Positions 1-12,149 are shown, counted from the stretch's first letter. The stretch is DNA of 64,000 nt from Balanoglossus misakiensis (GCA_040954595.2 CM082589.2:9870894-9934893), one strand, 5' to 3'. The notes: generated by a model from the sequence alone, not told the origin. Program-made: numbers and translations.

Positions 1-504
1 ACTTTTTCTGTTTTAGATACTAACAATGATATGAAGTACATATAAATCTATTTATTTTTATCTAGGAAAAGTACGTTGAGGAATTAGAATGTAAATTTCA
101 AAATCAAAATTTAAAAGCCATAGAAATCAAAGTATCAATGTACTGCAAATGTCACACTTTAGGGGAAACAAGCAATGACTAACTGAGGTGGCCAGTCTCT
201 GTTGAAAGTTAACATGTAAATTTCCATTGTTCTGTCAATAGAAAAAATCAATATCTTTTTGTTTGATTAAACAGGTTTTACAAGTGACCCTGTTTTACTC
301 CAAACTTTTTTGTATGGCTGGCTATGCAATTGCTTGATTATTTTATAAAATTCGTATCTCCTCTCTCAATAATGCATAATTTTCTAAATCATTTGAAATG
401 GTAATTGACAATAAGATTCACCTTAAAAGTAAGATCTCAAAATTTATATTAGTGGTGTACAATTCTCTCTACACATGTTAACTTTGCCTGGTTTGACTGA
501 GTAA

Positions 505-1218
505 ATGATTGTACAAATCAGAATGAATCATGGGATATTTCACGTACTGTGCAGAAGGGCAAATACAGACAAAACTTTCAAATTTTGGGTTAGATTTATA
601 GAGGACGATTTGTTTGCATACATGTCTTTGTACATTGCAATAAGGTCAGGAAATTGGAACCTTCGAATATTGGCTTTGAAACAAATGAACCCACTGTTCC
701 ATGCATATGACCGATCCCTGTACTTGAGGTTAATTCCCGGACATCTCGCTGACCTTCTGAAGATGCCAAACTCTCTGTTGTTACATTTCAAAGCAGGTGG
801 TTTTGTTTGCAATTTGTCAGGCTCAACTTGGGTTAATGTAGCACTAGATGAAGCCCATGAAATGTGTGTCAATAAAGATGTTAAAGCTGCATTGCATACT
901 TCTACAGGTGGGTTAATGGAGAGAATAGCAATTTATTTACCCTATAGAGCTATGGCTGCCAAGAATCTAAAAGATCAGTTATTTCCTTTCCAAAATGAAA
1001 CCCATAATTCAGTTAGCGTACATAAAATAAATGAGTCAAACTGCAGGTTGTATATCAATTGTCTTGAAGGTGCTGATGTATTTTCACCACTTAATACCGC
1101 CAGGGAGCTAACTAATATATTTTCAGATGACACAGCGAAAAATAGCGTCAAGGACACTTTGGTCCCATTTGAGGATTATGTAGAAACAGTGACACACCAG
1201 AATAAAAATTACAGGTGA
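505..1218 (+). pseudogene. AcademX-type DNA transposase, central fragment (disrupted)
   Basis: Motifs YIAIRSGNWNLR..LKQMNPLFHAYDR..YLRLIPGHL and VALDEAHEMCVNKDVK match the large invertebrate transposon proteins that end in XPG nuclease and Cys-rich domains. It is collinear with 2211-3629. The family assignment is from recall of Academ architecture, not from a search. Confidence 0.7.
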
Positions 1219-1270
1219 CATTGCAAGCAGATATGATCTTACGATATAGAAATATGGAATGTAAAAACAT

Positions 1271-1452
1271 TAACAAGGAACATGCCCAAAAATTGACCAA
1301 AAATTGTCTGTACAAACACATATGAGAAGCAACTTCTTTCAGTCAGCCCTGGAACAGACAGACAGACAGACACACACACACACACACACACTGACCTGCC
1401 ACTGGTAATTAAAAATTTAATAGCCCATGGTCTCTCTGACAGCTGGCTTATT
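1271..1452 (-). mobile_element. Non-autonomous Helentron-associated (HINE-like) element head with (TG)n/(TCTG)n microsatellite
   Basis: The minus strand reads taagccagctgtcagagagaccatgggctatt...ggcaggtcag(tg)n(tctg)n...cttgttaa. It is homologous to 21432-21703. Confidence 0.55.
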
Positions 1453-1459
1453 GAAGTTA

Positions 1460-2210
1460 TGTAAACATGTCTAAGTTGGGGGTAACGACTCCTTGTAAAC
1501 AGTAACTTTCAAAACAACTGGATAATTGGTTAAGGAGAAGATTTGCTAACCAAAAACAAAGAAACTTTCATAAAAACTCGCTAAATATTGAATATTTCTG
1601 ATATCAGAATTGAATAAAAGTTGCACATATACATGTATGTGTTATGAAATTATATCCCAAATTTCAAAGCAATCAGAGAAAAAACAAATTTCAAAGCAAT
1701 CAACAAGCAGTTTCACAAAAGATATTTGTTCAAAAGTGGCAAAAACACAAAATTGTACAATACCTTACCTCAATCACTACAAGGAACATGCTGCCAAAGT
1801 TCTATGCAATATGACAAACAGTTTCAGGAAAACAATTTTTGACAAAAATTGCAAAAGTTTCCCCGATAACACATTTATGAAAATATCACATTTTTTACAA
1901 CATATTACTTGACTTACACCTACGAACATGCCTACCAAATTGCAAAGCAATCTGGCATGCGGTTTTAAAGAAAAATAAATTGACCAAAAATGGCAAATAT
2001 TGCTCAAAATTATAAATATGCAAATTTTGCAACAATTTGAACAAAACTATGGTTACTCAGACAACCATTAGGAAGCTTCATGCTAAATTTCAAAGAAGTA
2101 AGCCCATCACTTTCAGAAATGAAGACTTTTTACTAATAACATGGAAAAATACAAAAAAATGCATAAAAAATAGGTAATCAATAATATTAGCTCAAAACAT
2201 ACATCAATTG
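1460..2210 (-). repeat. Decayed HINE-type core repeats interrupting the Academ ORF
   Basis: The reverse complement of 1920-2010 (cagattgctttgcaatttggtaggcatgttc) matches + strand motifs near 15780, 15910 and 19410. Confidence 0.55.
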
Positions 2211-3629
2211 TAAGCCAAACAAGAGAAAACTAGTGAACTTCTTGTCAGCCACATCTTTAAAAATAATTGTGCCGGCTCTGCAAGGTGATCAGGTCCTCAT
2301 TACAGCAGGTGGCTTTGATGGAGAAAATAGGGACAAGAATCTTTTCGTTGGTAGTAATGGAATTGTGTCTGAGTGGGAAGCCAAAAGTTGTCATGAAGAA
2401 GCTGACAGTAGATGCATCCTTCATGCAGTTCAGTCCTCTTACAAGAAAGGTGTTATTTACTCCCCTGATACCGATACTTATCATGTTCTCCTCCCAGTAC
2501 TATATCAACATGTTCAAAAGGAGATATTTGTACAACTTGATAATGATTTATCAAATCTCACTTATTTAGACATGAATCAATTCAAATCAGATTTAAATTT
2601 AGACCCTGATTTGCAACATATTCCCCTCCAATATTTAGGCAAAATATTTCAAACACTGTTCATATGCACAGGTTGTGACTATACTTTGCAGGCATCGGAA
2701 GGAAATCTTTCTACAAGACATTTTTTCAATACTCTGAATTTATAACTAGTGGCACCCTTATACCTGGAACACTGATAGACACAACAGTAGACAGTGTAGG
2801 GAATGGAATTTTCGCTTTCATACGTTTAAAAGGTAGTGTTTATGTTAAGAAACATTTCCAAGCATTTGATGCATCTCATCCTTTTGAACTTTATCGACAA
2901 GTAGCCAGTGTCACTAACAGTCTTAAAGATAACCACATCAAATGGCTTACATATATACGAGAAACAATTTGCCCACGTATCCAGTATGAGGAAGAATGTA
3001 TCCCTTCCTTTGAAGCCCTACAACTGCACTGGAAAAGATCATGCTGGGTCTCTCAGTTATGGTCCCAGGCCGATCAGTGCCATGTTACGTTTCCCTTATT
3101 CAATAATTATGGATACAGACTAAGCAACGGCGAACTTGATATTATTTAGGACAGTGATGCCAATTTAGAAAAAGTGAAAAATAATTTGGAGTTGCTAACA
3201 AAAGGGTGTGGCTGCAAAAAGATGCCAACTTGTAATAGCAGATGTTGTAAATGTTATAAGACCCACAATGGTTGTGGCCCTGCGTGTCGATGTAATGACT
3301 GCAGTAATCCACATAATGGGAATCCTGGATTCTGTACCACATCGAAAAAGTATGGGGTATGCCCAAAATATACAGATAAGTCACCACTATTAGAATCACC
3401 ATCACCAATCACTGATACTGAACATCATAATATGGAAAATAGCATTGATGCAATTTTACAGGAGTCACATGAATTTGACATTTTAAGAGAAGAAGAGGGA
3501 AATATTTACGAGACTGATTCTGACTTTGACGAACTGACTGATGAATATAACTGGACGGAAGAAAAACAAACTGATTATTCAAAGAATGGTGATTGTGATT
3601 CCAATGATGGTGACTGTGATGACATTTAA
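2211..3629 (+). pseudogene. AcademX-type transposase C-terminal part: XPG/FEN1-like PIN nuclease, Cys-rich (CXC/Cys8) finger and acidic tail
   Basis: Contains HEEADSRCILH, YSPDTD and TGCDY-(frameshift ~2683)-FAGIGRKSF (H3TH-like), then PSFEALQLHWKRSCWV. An in-frame TAG at 3147-3149 (probably W) precedes GCGCKK..CNSRCCKC..GCGPACRCNDCSN. Confidence 0.8.
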
Positions 3630-3804
3630 TGAATCATCAAAGAAATTGATTTGGTCTTTCGGGGGTTGCAGCCCTGTTGTGGTTTCAGTCATACCTTTTC
3701 AATCGCACCCAGTGTGTATGTGTTAATTTCAGACATGGTTACTATAACCGTGTTCCAAACAATCACCATTTTATCCGCTTGACACTGCGGTAACACAACG
3801 ATCA

Positions 3805-4480
3805 CTTCTTTGTCCTCTACTTTTTAATATGTACACTTCTCCATTAGGGAAATTAGTTTCTAGTCATGGATGCCTGTATATAGCTTTTATGCAGATGGCT
3901 CTTCATTGTCTTTTACCAACGAGAATGCTCCCAGAATGCTTTATGCGGTACTGGATGTCTGAAAATGTCTTGTGTTTAAATAACGATAAGACTGAATTTG
4001 TTATTTTTTCTGCTACTTCGGGTAATCTATCTGCCAGAGGGATTACAGAAATTCATGTGATGCTCTGAAACCTGTTCATTGTCTGACAATGATTGCACAG
4101 ATCTGCCATTCAGTCGCTTTTCATTTGCAGCATATTGCACTTGTCTGTAAATATTTATCTCAAGCCGCCACAGAGCAATAAAGTTCCTGCTTTTGTTGCA
4201 TTTCGAATAGATTTGTGTAATTCACTTTTATTTGGGCTCCCTAAGTACGAGATCAGTCGTATTCAAGTTCAAAATATTGCTGCTAGTTCCAAAATCACCT
4301 TTTACATCAATGCAATTTCAGTTGCATTGGTTACCTGTGTCTGATCGTATTGTTTTCAAGATGTTATTTCTTATTTTTGAATTCATTCATAGACTTGGAC
4401 CATCATATCTGTCTGATATGATCAAATTATATGTTCCAAATCGAAACTTGAAGTCAGCTGATCAGCTCAAACTCTGTCAT
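3805..4480 (+). mobile_element. Decayed L2/CR1-group LINE, RT and C-terminal ORF2 fragment
   Basis: Frameshifted pieces YTSPLG, FYADG (YADD relic), WMSENVLCLNNDKTEF, RIDLCNSLLFGLP and LHWLPVSDRIVFK..GPSYLSD are typical L2/CR1 ORF2 motifs. Confidence 0.85.
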
Positions 4481-4489
4481 GTTCAGCCC

Positions 4490-5438
4490 AATGCAATGAT
4501 GACAACAAAAGTCAAAACAAAATTGCTTGCCTTCAGACACAAATATTTATTGCACATATCATCAGCGAATAAAGGGAAATGGTTTCGAAGTTACAGTTGG
4601 CATTTTGCATATTCGAAACATCTACTTATATCCCAGGCCATGATACGGAGAAAAAAAATACACCAGCTGTGCTCCTCACACGTACGTAGTCATGTATGGT
4701 AAACCTGGCATTCTGTCCATATGGGACCTACATTTGTAGGCGATTGATCGATGTTGTGTCGAAATCAGGCCAGTAATTAAGTTAAAACTTGGCTAATATG
4801 TTACCTTAGGGTGTTATCCATTATCCAGTAACTGTTTTACTTAAGAATTGCCTTTCAAAGACTGTTTCCCCATGGTAAACTTATCGTTTCACGATCAATG
4901 CAACACTTCCTGTTACGCAAGCATTTCAAATTAATTTCTTTTCACGGATGTTGGGACCGATATTAGACCTCTCTATCAGGAAAGTTTGGTTACTTTCTGA
5001 GGTCGTTTTCAAATGATTTTTGACACGTTTGTGGACGTCTCTTTCGGGGTCACCAACATACCACCGAAAACACGTTAAAAACTTTTACTATTACCACAGA
5101 TTTTCATAAAATTTACGTATGCAGTGAAAAATGGGAATCACTTTCGTAATTTATCCAGCTAACATGGTATTTTATTGCACAACAGAGCGTAAAAATCAAG
5201 TTGAAAATCACCTTGAAAACTGGCCTATTGCCGTCTGTTTGAAAGTTAACGGTCGCTCGCTTGATGAACTTTCATATGCAAATGAGCACCGTGCGATCTG
5301 ACTGTGTATATGTACTCCGTGTAGACTGAATGGGACCACTGTGTCCTTGACGCAATTTTTTACACTTATCAGGTATATGTTGACTAACACAAGCCAAAAT
5401 ATCACCAACTCATCTGAGAAATCTTATCCCAGGTCCTA
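4490..5438. mobile_element. Possible right terminal region of the Academ element
   Basis: A CpG-richer non-coding stretch ends ...ggtcCTA at 5436-5438 (Academ ends are commonly TAG...CTA). It carries a motif shared with 1138-1169. The left end is not in the window, so the boundary is unverified. Confidence 0.25.
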
Positions 5439-5449
5439 AGGTTGTGAGA

Positions 5450-5856
5450 TTAATAGAATCTCACACTCCCAAGGACTAGGGGTCATAATTCTGACATGAG
5501 TTGGGGATTTTATGTCCCACACAAGCCGCAGGCGAGTGTGGGACAAAATATCCCTGACGAGTGTGGGAAATATGATCATAGGTCCTTTGTGTATGAGATT
5601 ATATTTCTCACACGGGCACAAATTAGCTAAATTCGTCTTAAAACATTGAATAAATGACTCTTGAATTGTCATCTGGCATGTAGTTTCTTTATCGTGTCAT
5701 TGGATAACATTTAGCGCACGTTATTAAAAAACGCTTTGTCATCCAATCGGCGCTCGCGTCATATACAGCTTTCGATTCAGTGAGTGTGTGGGATTGATTT
5801 GTTCTCACACTCTGATCCCACACTCTCAGCATGCCAGGAGTGTGAGAATCTATTAA
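5450..5856. mobile_element. Non-autonomous element with terminal inverted repeats and a ~140-bp 5' hairpin (Crypton-like architecture)
   Basis: ttaatagaatctcacactcc / ggagtgtgagaatctattaa form a 19/20 inverted match. An internal stem tgtcccacac..gcc-gca-ggc..gtgtgggaca extends over ~5458-5599. Confidence 0.65.
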
Positions 5857-6173
5857 GATCTACGAGTTTGAAATCTTAGGTGAAGATTTTATCAATTTCA
5901 CTGCCAACCATGTAGGGCATACTGGGATATGTGTACATGCCAAAGCACAAACAGTTATGACCTGACAGCTCAGTTTGTAGATCATTTCTACAAATCCACA
6001 AAGAAACTCAAAGTTTAGAAAAGTCAGGCCTGTTAGAAATATTATAAATATCACTGTTAATACTAATTTCAAAGCCATGTGAATTTGTTCACTTTATGGA
6101 AATTTTTAAAGGAAGGGAGGATTGGTATTGACTTGAATAATTACAACGGATGTTTTTTTCTCTCTATTTTCAG

Positions 6174-6293
6174 ATGTGAATGAGTGTTCAGATTCTGTTT
6201 GTGCTGGAGGTTTTCTCAATGCAGAGGGTGGATTCAGCTGTAGTTGTGGTGATGATGGTTTCTCTCTGAGTGCAGAGCATGTCAATTGTTTAG
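6174..6293 (+). pseudogene. Calcium-binding EGF-like exon (phase 1-1), third Cys replaced by Phe
   Basis: Polypyrimidine-cag acceptor and gtaagt donor. Translates as (D)VNECSDSVCAGGFLNAEGGFSCSCGDDGFSLSAEHVNCL. Confidence 0.8.
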
Positions 6294-8154
6294 GTAAGTT
6301 TTTTTTGAGTGGGGAGGGGATAGGTCAACAATGGATTTGCATTTCCTGCTTCAAAAGGGCGCTTACAGAAGTTGTAAGTGACAGACTTTACAGTCAGTCA
6401 CCATGTTAAAACAGAAAATAATTAAAAGTTATCAGGCACTTTCCATAGTTAGAAATTTAAAAAAATAGCGTCAAGGACACCTGGTGCTCTCTCAGTGTGT
6501 AGTGGCTGATGAGCAGCATGTTTGGAGAACAGTGGTTTGGTATATGGGTGAAAGGAACAATTTGCAAACACCAAGGTGAAATGCTGAACTGTTTTGCTCA
6601 TGTAATATTGAATGAAGCTTGATAAGGTGGGTGCTTGGCAGAGGGAAAAACCACTTGTCAATGGCTCTAATAACTGTTTTAAATTTAGTCTTAAAATGGC
6701 CCGCACACACAAATGGCCTCACACAAATATATTCTGTCATTTCCCTCTCAGATTTTGTATCTTATGTTATACTGATGGAATTCATTGTGTATTGTCGTAT
6801 CAAATTGCACCAGTGCAAGCTATGAGAAATGTGTTTTGAAAAAAAAACAGTGCAAGTAGAAGCACTAGTCTAAACGTGAAAGAAATATATTTTGAAAAAA
6901 AATATCAGACAGCATTCAAGATCAGCTTAAGTGTTTTGATAAAAAGTTCTCCATTTTCAAGTATATAGGTAATGTCATGTGCTGACTATAGTAGTGTAGG
7001 TGTTAGCAAAAAAATACATGAATTGTTCAAACAGAAAGTTCAATCATTTAGTTTCCCCAGTTTATGGGAGCATAGCAGTTGTGAACATAGTATATGAAAT
7101 AATTTTAAAAAGTCATTGCTCTCTGGTCCATCATTTTCGGTAGAAGTGACCTGATTTCACATCAATAGTTTCCCACCTGTCATTTCCAGCTAATTTCATG
7201 TAGAACAAAACTCTTATACAACATAATGACATTTCTAGAACTTATTTTTGCTGGTTGGGCCCACAGACTAACACTAGTCGTTCTAAAAAGAAACTTCCAT
7301 AACAACCTGTACGCTTGACGCGTTCAAGTCAAGGCACACCTAACCAATTCAAAATATGCAAATTAGAAAAAGACGCATATGCATTATTTGTGTCCCCAGA
7401 GACACACACAGGAAATCAAGCGAGTGCGGCCACTAGCTGGAAGAGCTGAATTCAATGTATTGCCTTACAATGTTCATGATACAGGGGGGGGGGGGGGGGG
7501 GTGATGATCAATGAACAGAACAGCGGTCCAATTTCACGCATTGTAGTGCACTGATCGTGGCAAGTTGATCATGGCAAAACAAATGACGATGTTAGATAGC
7601 AGTTCTTCACAAGTTTGACCAATTTGTATGAAAATCGTCTCGCCAAACACAACTGTTTTCTCACGGGTAGTGAAAACACTGCTGGCTAATCCGTTCCGAT
7701 TTCTGTCACTGTTCCAATTCTTCCTCAACACCTCAAAGCTACACACCACCGCCAAAAACATAAAGCTACACACCCCTACTAGAAAATGGTATGAATTCTT
7801 GACGGACGGAAGTAGTTTGACAGACGGAAGTAGTAGCTCATACCCAACTTGACAGACTCCTCTGTTTACACTTCGGAGCCAAAACAATGAGTTTGTTGTC
7901 TTATGCATGATATTTTTGGCTTTCAAACACTACCTTGTTAAATGTTATTTGGTTACTACATTGTTTGTTTATCAGTATTCAGTACTGGTACAGATAAACA
8001 TATGATATGACCAAGTTGTATGCCAGATGATATTTATTAAGTTTCACACAATTTTGCTCTCTTGTCGTATATTTTCAAATGTCCACTCAAAGACAACTGT
8101 AATTCACATGTATTCATTCTAATACATTTTATGATATTTGTGTTTTCCCTGCAG

Positions 8155-8264
8155 ATGACAATGAGTGCGATCAAGCTGGTTGGTCACCATGCCAACGAGT
8201 ATGTTACAACACACCAACCAGTTACCAGTGTGGTTGCAGACCAGGATTCAACATACATGCGTTG
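8155..8264 (+). pseudogene. Calcium-binding EGF-like exon with internal frameshifting deletion
   Basis: ttttccctgcag acceptor and gtgagt donor. Translates as (D)DNECDQAGWSPCQRVCYNTPTSYQCGCRPGF, and the final QHTCV lies in another frame. Confidence 0.8.
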
Positions 8265-8405
8265 GTGAGTATCCACAATTTGGAGAGAAAGTAAGATGTA
8301 TGGGTTTGTACTTAGTGTCTTATACATGTATATGTGACACTGAAATCATATATTGTACAATCAGTCATTGGTAAATGTCGGCTATTCATGACACAAATCA
8401 ACATA

Positions 8406-8590
8406 CAGTCAAACCTGTTTGAGTGGCCACCTCTATTAGGCAGCCACCTCTATATAGTGGCCACTTTATTCTAGTCCCTGTGCAATTTACATCTACATTA
8501 ATTGACTTTCTACAAGGTATAATGGCCACTTATCTATAAAGGCCAGTTTAGAAAAGTCCCTTCACTAGCCATAATGAGCAGGTTTGACTG
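8406..8590. mobile_element. Tc1/mariner-type MITE
   Basis: TIRs cagtcaaacctg / caggtttgactg, TA on the left, and internal ggccac/gccacctctat subrepeats. Confidence 0.75.
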
Positions 8591-9048
8591 CTGTTGTGTT
8601 GATTTCTGTCTTTTTTACGTGTAACACAATCATGACATTTTTCATAAAGAGGGCAGCCTTCCAAAATAAAGTGTCATCTCAATGCAGACAATGTGAAAAA
8701 GGCGGTCAGTAGAGTACTGCTCGAGCTCATCTAGTTTGTTGTATACATGATACAAGTTGCGTGTAAAACTGACCTTACAATAAAATGTGGCTGTCGAACA
8801 TAAGTCCCAACTATAGTGTTGATACACAAGACAATCAAGTTTTTACTTTGTGACCAACTGGCCTCATGTTTGCATCTTGGAAGGGTAACATGACTGCATA
8901 GCAATGTTTTATTAAAATTTGGTACATAGAGAAATGGACTACTGTGACAGTATTGACTCTGGGAACTATGTAGATGATGCCCAGCCTAAAATACTGACTC
9001 TCTGCAATTATATTTTTTAGCATTTTTGTTCAATTGCACTTTCAAGTA

Positions 9049-9218
9049 CAGTCAAACCTGTCTAACACCAAAGGGACTGAAGAAATTGTTCAGATTGCAG
9101 GTGTACAATTTAAAGAGGTTCTTTCAACATGTGGTTCTATGTCAAAAGGTTTGAACAATGTCTTTGAAATAGACAGGTTTCCAGATTAGACAGGGTTCGG
9201 TTGAGACAGGTTTTACTG
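9049..9218. mobile_element. Tc1/mariner-type MITE
   Basis: TIRs cagtcaaacctgtct / agacaggttttactg, flanked by TA on both sides. Confidence 0.8.
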
Positions 9219-10332
9219 TATTTTGATACATGCTCTGGCTTAACCCTTTCACCACTATGGTTCAGTCTAAACCTTTTATTTTCTATGGTAAGGTTGGATC
9301 TTTAAAGAGGAAACTGTTTTTTTCTGAGAATCTATTTATTTCCTCTGTCACAAAAATTGCATGGGAGTTCTAATTCTAAAAGGAAAACTGATTTGATAAA
9401 AGATCTCAAAGTCAAGTTTTGGATGTGGCTCCATTTCAAGTATTGTAGGTGACTAGTTTTTCCGGAGTTCAAGTCTGTATACTTGCAGTAGAGTTTGTCA
9501 CATGGACTTGGGTAATCTGAGTGAGGTCAGAAATTGAACTTACACACATTTAGTTGAGTTAAGAACATGTCTGGTGTATTACTGTAATATGACTAGATAC
9601 TGCAAATGCCTTAACTATAAGTGTATGTTAAAATACAGTTTCCATGGACAAATGTGAGTGATGAAATTAAATACACATGTTCATTAAAATCCACCATGAT
9701 AGAGCGCCGCCACTGTTCAGAATGTCCATTTTGAAGTCCTACATCTATGACGTCATGCCTAGCTGTCAATGTTAACTGATGTGCACTTGTACTACTAGTA
9801 AATGGAAGTACTTTAAAGTAAAGCTCAGATGCAAGGTTTTGTAAAATAAATATAATATTAAAACGTTGCCATCATTTTAGTCCTTTGGAACAGCTGTCCT
9901 ATTGACTAATGTGATCACTCTGTGTACGGCATATGGCATATTAAGCATTTAGTATTTTTCAATCAGAAACCGTTAATCCTGTGATTAATTCTTCTTCTTG
10001 CAACATTGATTTTAAATCACCACACATGAATATTTTTGTCCAAAGGACTGCGATGCCCAAGTTTTTTTATGATAAGATAAACAAACAGTGAAATTCAGTG
10101 AAGAAGTGAGCGAGCACTTGCCCATTCATTGTTCAATGAAAGGTGACCGCCAAAACAAAAGTATTGAGAAAATAACCCGAAGTTGGAGTTGCTGAGTTTT
10201 AAATTGATTTCAATAATCTCCCAAGTGAAAAGCTTGGCTTGGCTGAAGCTCCTGTAGTCATGTTACATGTAGGTAGATTGACACAGATGACAATGTTTGA
10301 ATGTTTACACTTTTCTTTGTTTGATCTTTCAG

Positions 10333-10584
10333 AGGAATATTCAAGCACTGCAGAAGAATCTAGAGATGGCACAGAAAAAAGAACTTGAATTGAAACAACA
10401 GCAAGATCAACATGCCAGACAAAGTCAACTCATAGCTCTAAGACAACAACATCAACAACAACAGCAATTACAAAGGTTACAACAAGAGAGAGCCCAACAA
10501 TAACAACAACAACAACAACAAGCAGTGCAAGCACAGCCATCCAATATACAATCAACAAATCAACAACTAAAACACCTCTTACAA
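10333..10584 (+). pseudogene. Coiled-coil/polyglutamine exon (phase 0-0) with premature TAA
   Basis: ctttcag acceptor and gtaagt donor. Translates as RNIQALQKNLEMAQKKELELKQQQ...AQQ*QQQQQQAVQAQ...QQLKHLLQ, with TAA at 10501-10503 inside a CAA run. Confidence 0.7.
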
Positions 10585-10832
10585 GTAAGTTGTCATAATA
10601 ATGTGTACAGTGAATATTTTGAAAACCAAGACTGGTACCAGTGGCACTTCTGGGAATTGTTATGTGGGGAAAAATGAAATCAGTTTTCTCAAAAAGGAGC
10701 TTTCTTGATGGTACAAATAACATGGTCTGTGCCATTCCCAAAATGATTTTAATGTATTGAAGACCTGACAGTCACACAGAATAAATTCAATGAACTATTT
10801 GCCCAACATGACAACTTTTCCCCACACAGATT

Positions 10833-10887
10833 TAGACGTGGTGGGTATGGCTGATTTGCCTCAAATCGGCCATACGCACCACATCTA
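10833..10887. repeat. 26-bp-stem hairpin
   Basis: tagacgtggtgggtatggctgatttg-cct-caaatcggccatacgcaccacatcta; 23 of 26 positions are Watson-Crick paired. Confidence 0.8.
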
Positions 10888-12149
10888 TTAATATTCATGA
10901 TTTTACTTTTCATGTTTATGTACACTCTTATAACAATAGGAAATCTAGAGAATGGCTATTTCATCAAGTTGACAACCCCCGCATGTGTAAGTCATGTACA
11001 TAAACAAAAATAGTCTGGTGTGTGGAGCCTCCTCCCTTTTTACAGGAAGTACTTTCGAAAAATGTTTATGCAATCAGTTCACACTCATGATCAATTTTGT
11101 GTCAGAATTATTGTCCAAGTCAGCATGCCATAGATATATTGATGAAATAAACATTGGGACCAATAGGATTAAGGGAGGTGTGACTGGTCCAACCTGTTCA
11201 GTTTTAGTGTGGGGGGAAAAGCTGGAAGGAAAGCAGACCTAAATTACTGACAAAGAAATACAACAAATCTTGTCTCATTCTTATTTTCAATTCCTCTAGT
11301 TTTTCCATGGTACCAGTGTGGAAGCACTGATGATAACCTCTGACAGACAGTTTTAAATGACGACAATCATCTTACTCTTATGCACATATGCGTTAATTTT
11401 GTGTGTACAAAATAACGTCCAATCCAAATATTCTGCACAATTTTATGTGCGTGCATTCATATAGTGGACTGCCTTCGCTTCCTTCTATATTTCTTGCATG
11501 CCAGATAAGAAGAATTTAGTTTTGTCTCTTCTTTTCACTCAATTTGCTGTCTTTTCCTAATCTATGACACAGACTATGGTTGCCGCCACCTTGTCTGTTG
11601 TTAAGACAGCACTTGTGGCATAGATAACAATTTTGTAACTAGAGTCTCTGCTTTGGCAAATGTGTGTTAGATGAACATTACACTTTAACAAAAGTCTGCT
11701 TAGAATTTAAATCATATTCTCTTCAAAATGTCTGCATCTGAGAACATGGTGAATTAAAGCTGCAAGCAGTGTTCACTGGGCCCAAGCAATTCCCAGGGTT
11801 CCTACAGAATGCTAAGGATTATCTGCTGTAGATACCCAAAATTTTGTCAAAAAGTTTTGATCCTAAACTGATCTATGTCCTACAAAATCTAAACTTCTAG
11901 ATCTATTGGTTAGCCTAGAATTAGGAGTGTACATAATTAATTAGGTCAACAGGGGTCTTGAAACTAACCATCAATTTTAGACACAGCCTAAATCAATTTC
12001 CCATTGTACAGTAACTAACTATATGCCGCCCTAAATTTCAGTCTGATTGACAAATGTAAAGAAAATTAAAAAGAAGTGTCTCCTGATACATTGCCATTTG
12101 CTGTGAAGTGACTTTAAAAGAAAACTGTTTTGTTTGTATTTAACTGCAG

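Noticed and set aside
7483-7501. Poly-G run as a functional G-quadruplex element
   Set aside because: A simple homopolymer (like the C-runs at ~17363 and ~42026) with no supporting context.
11011-11576. TAGTCTG...CAGACTA as an Academ-like MITE
   Set aside because: Only ~7-10 bp of inverted match and no TSD, which is insufficient.
11754-12034. Old Kolobok-like MITE (ttaaagctgca...tatgccgccctaa)
   Set aside because: The inverted ends are too degenerate to support the call.
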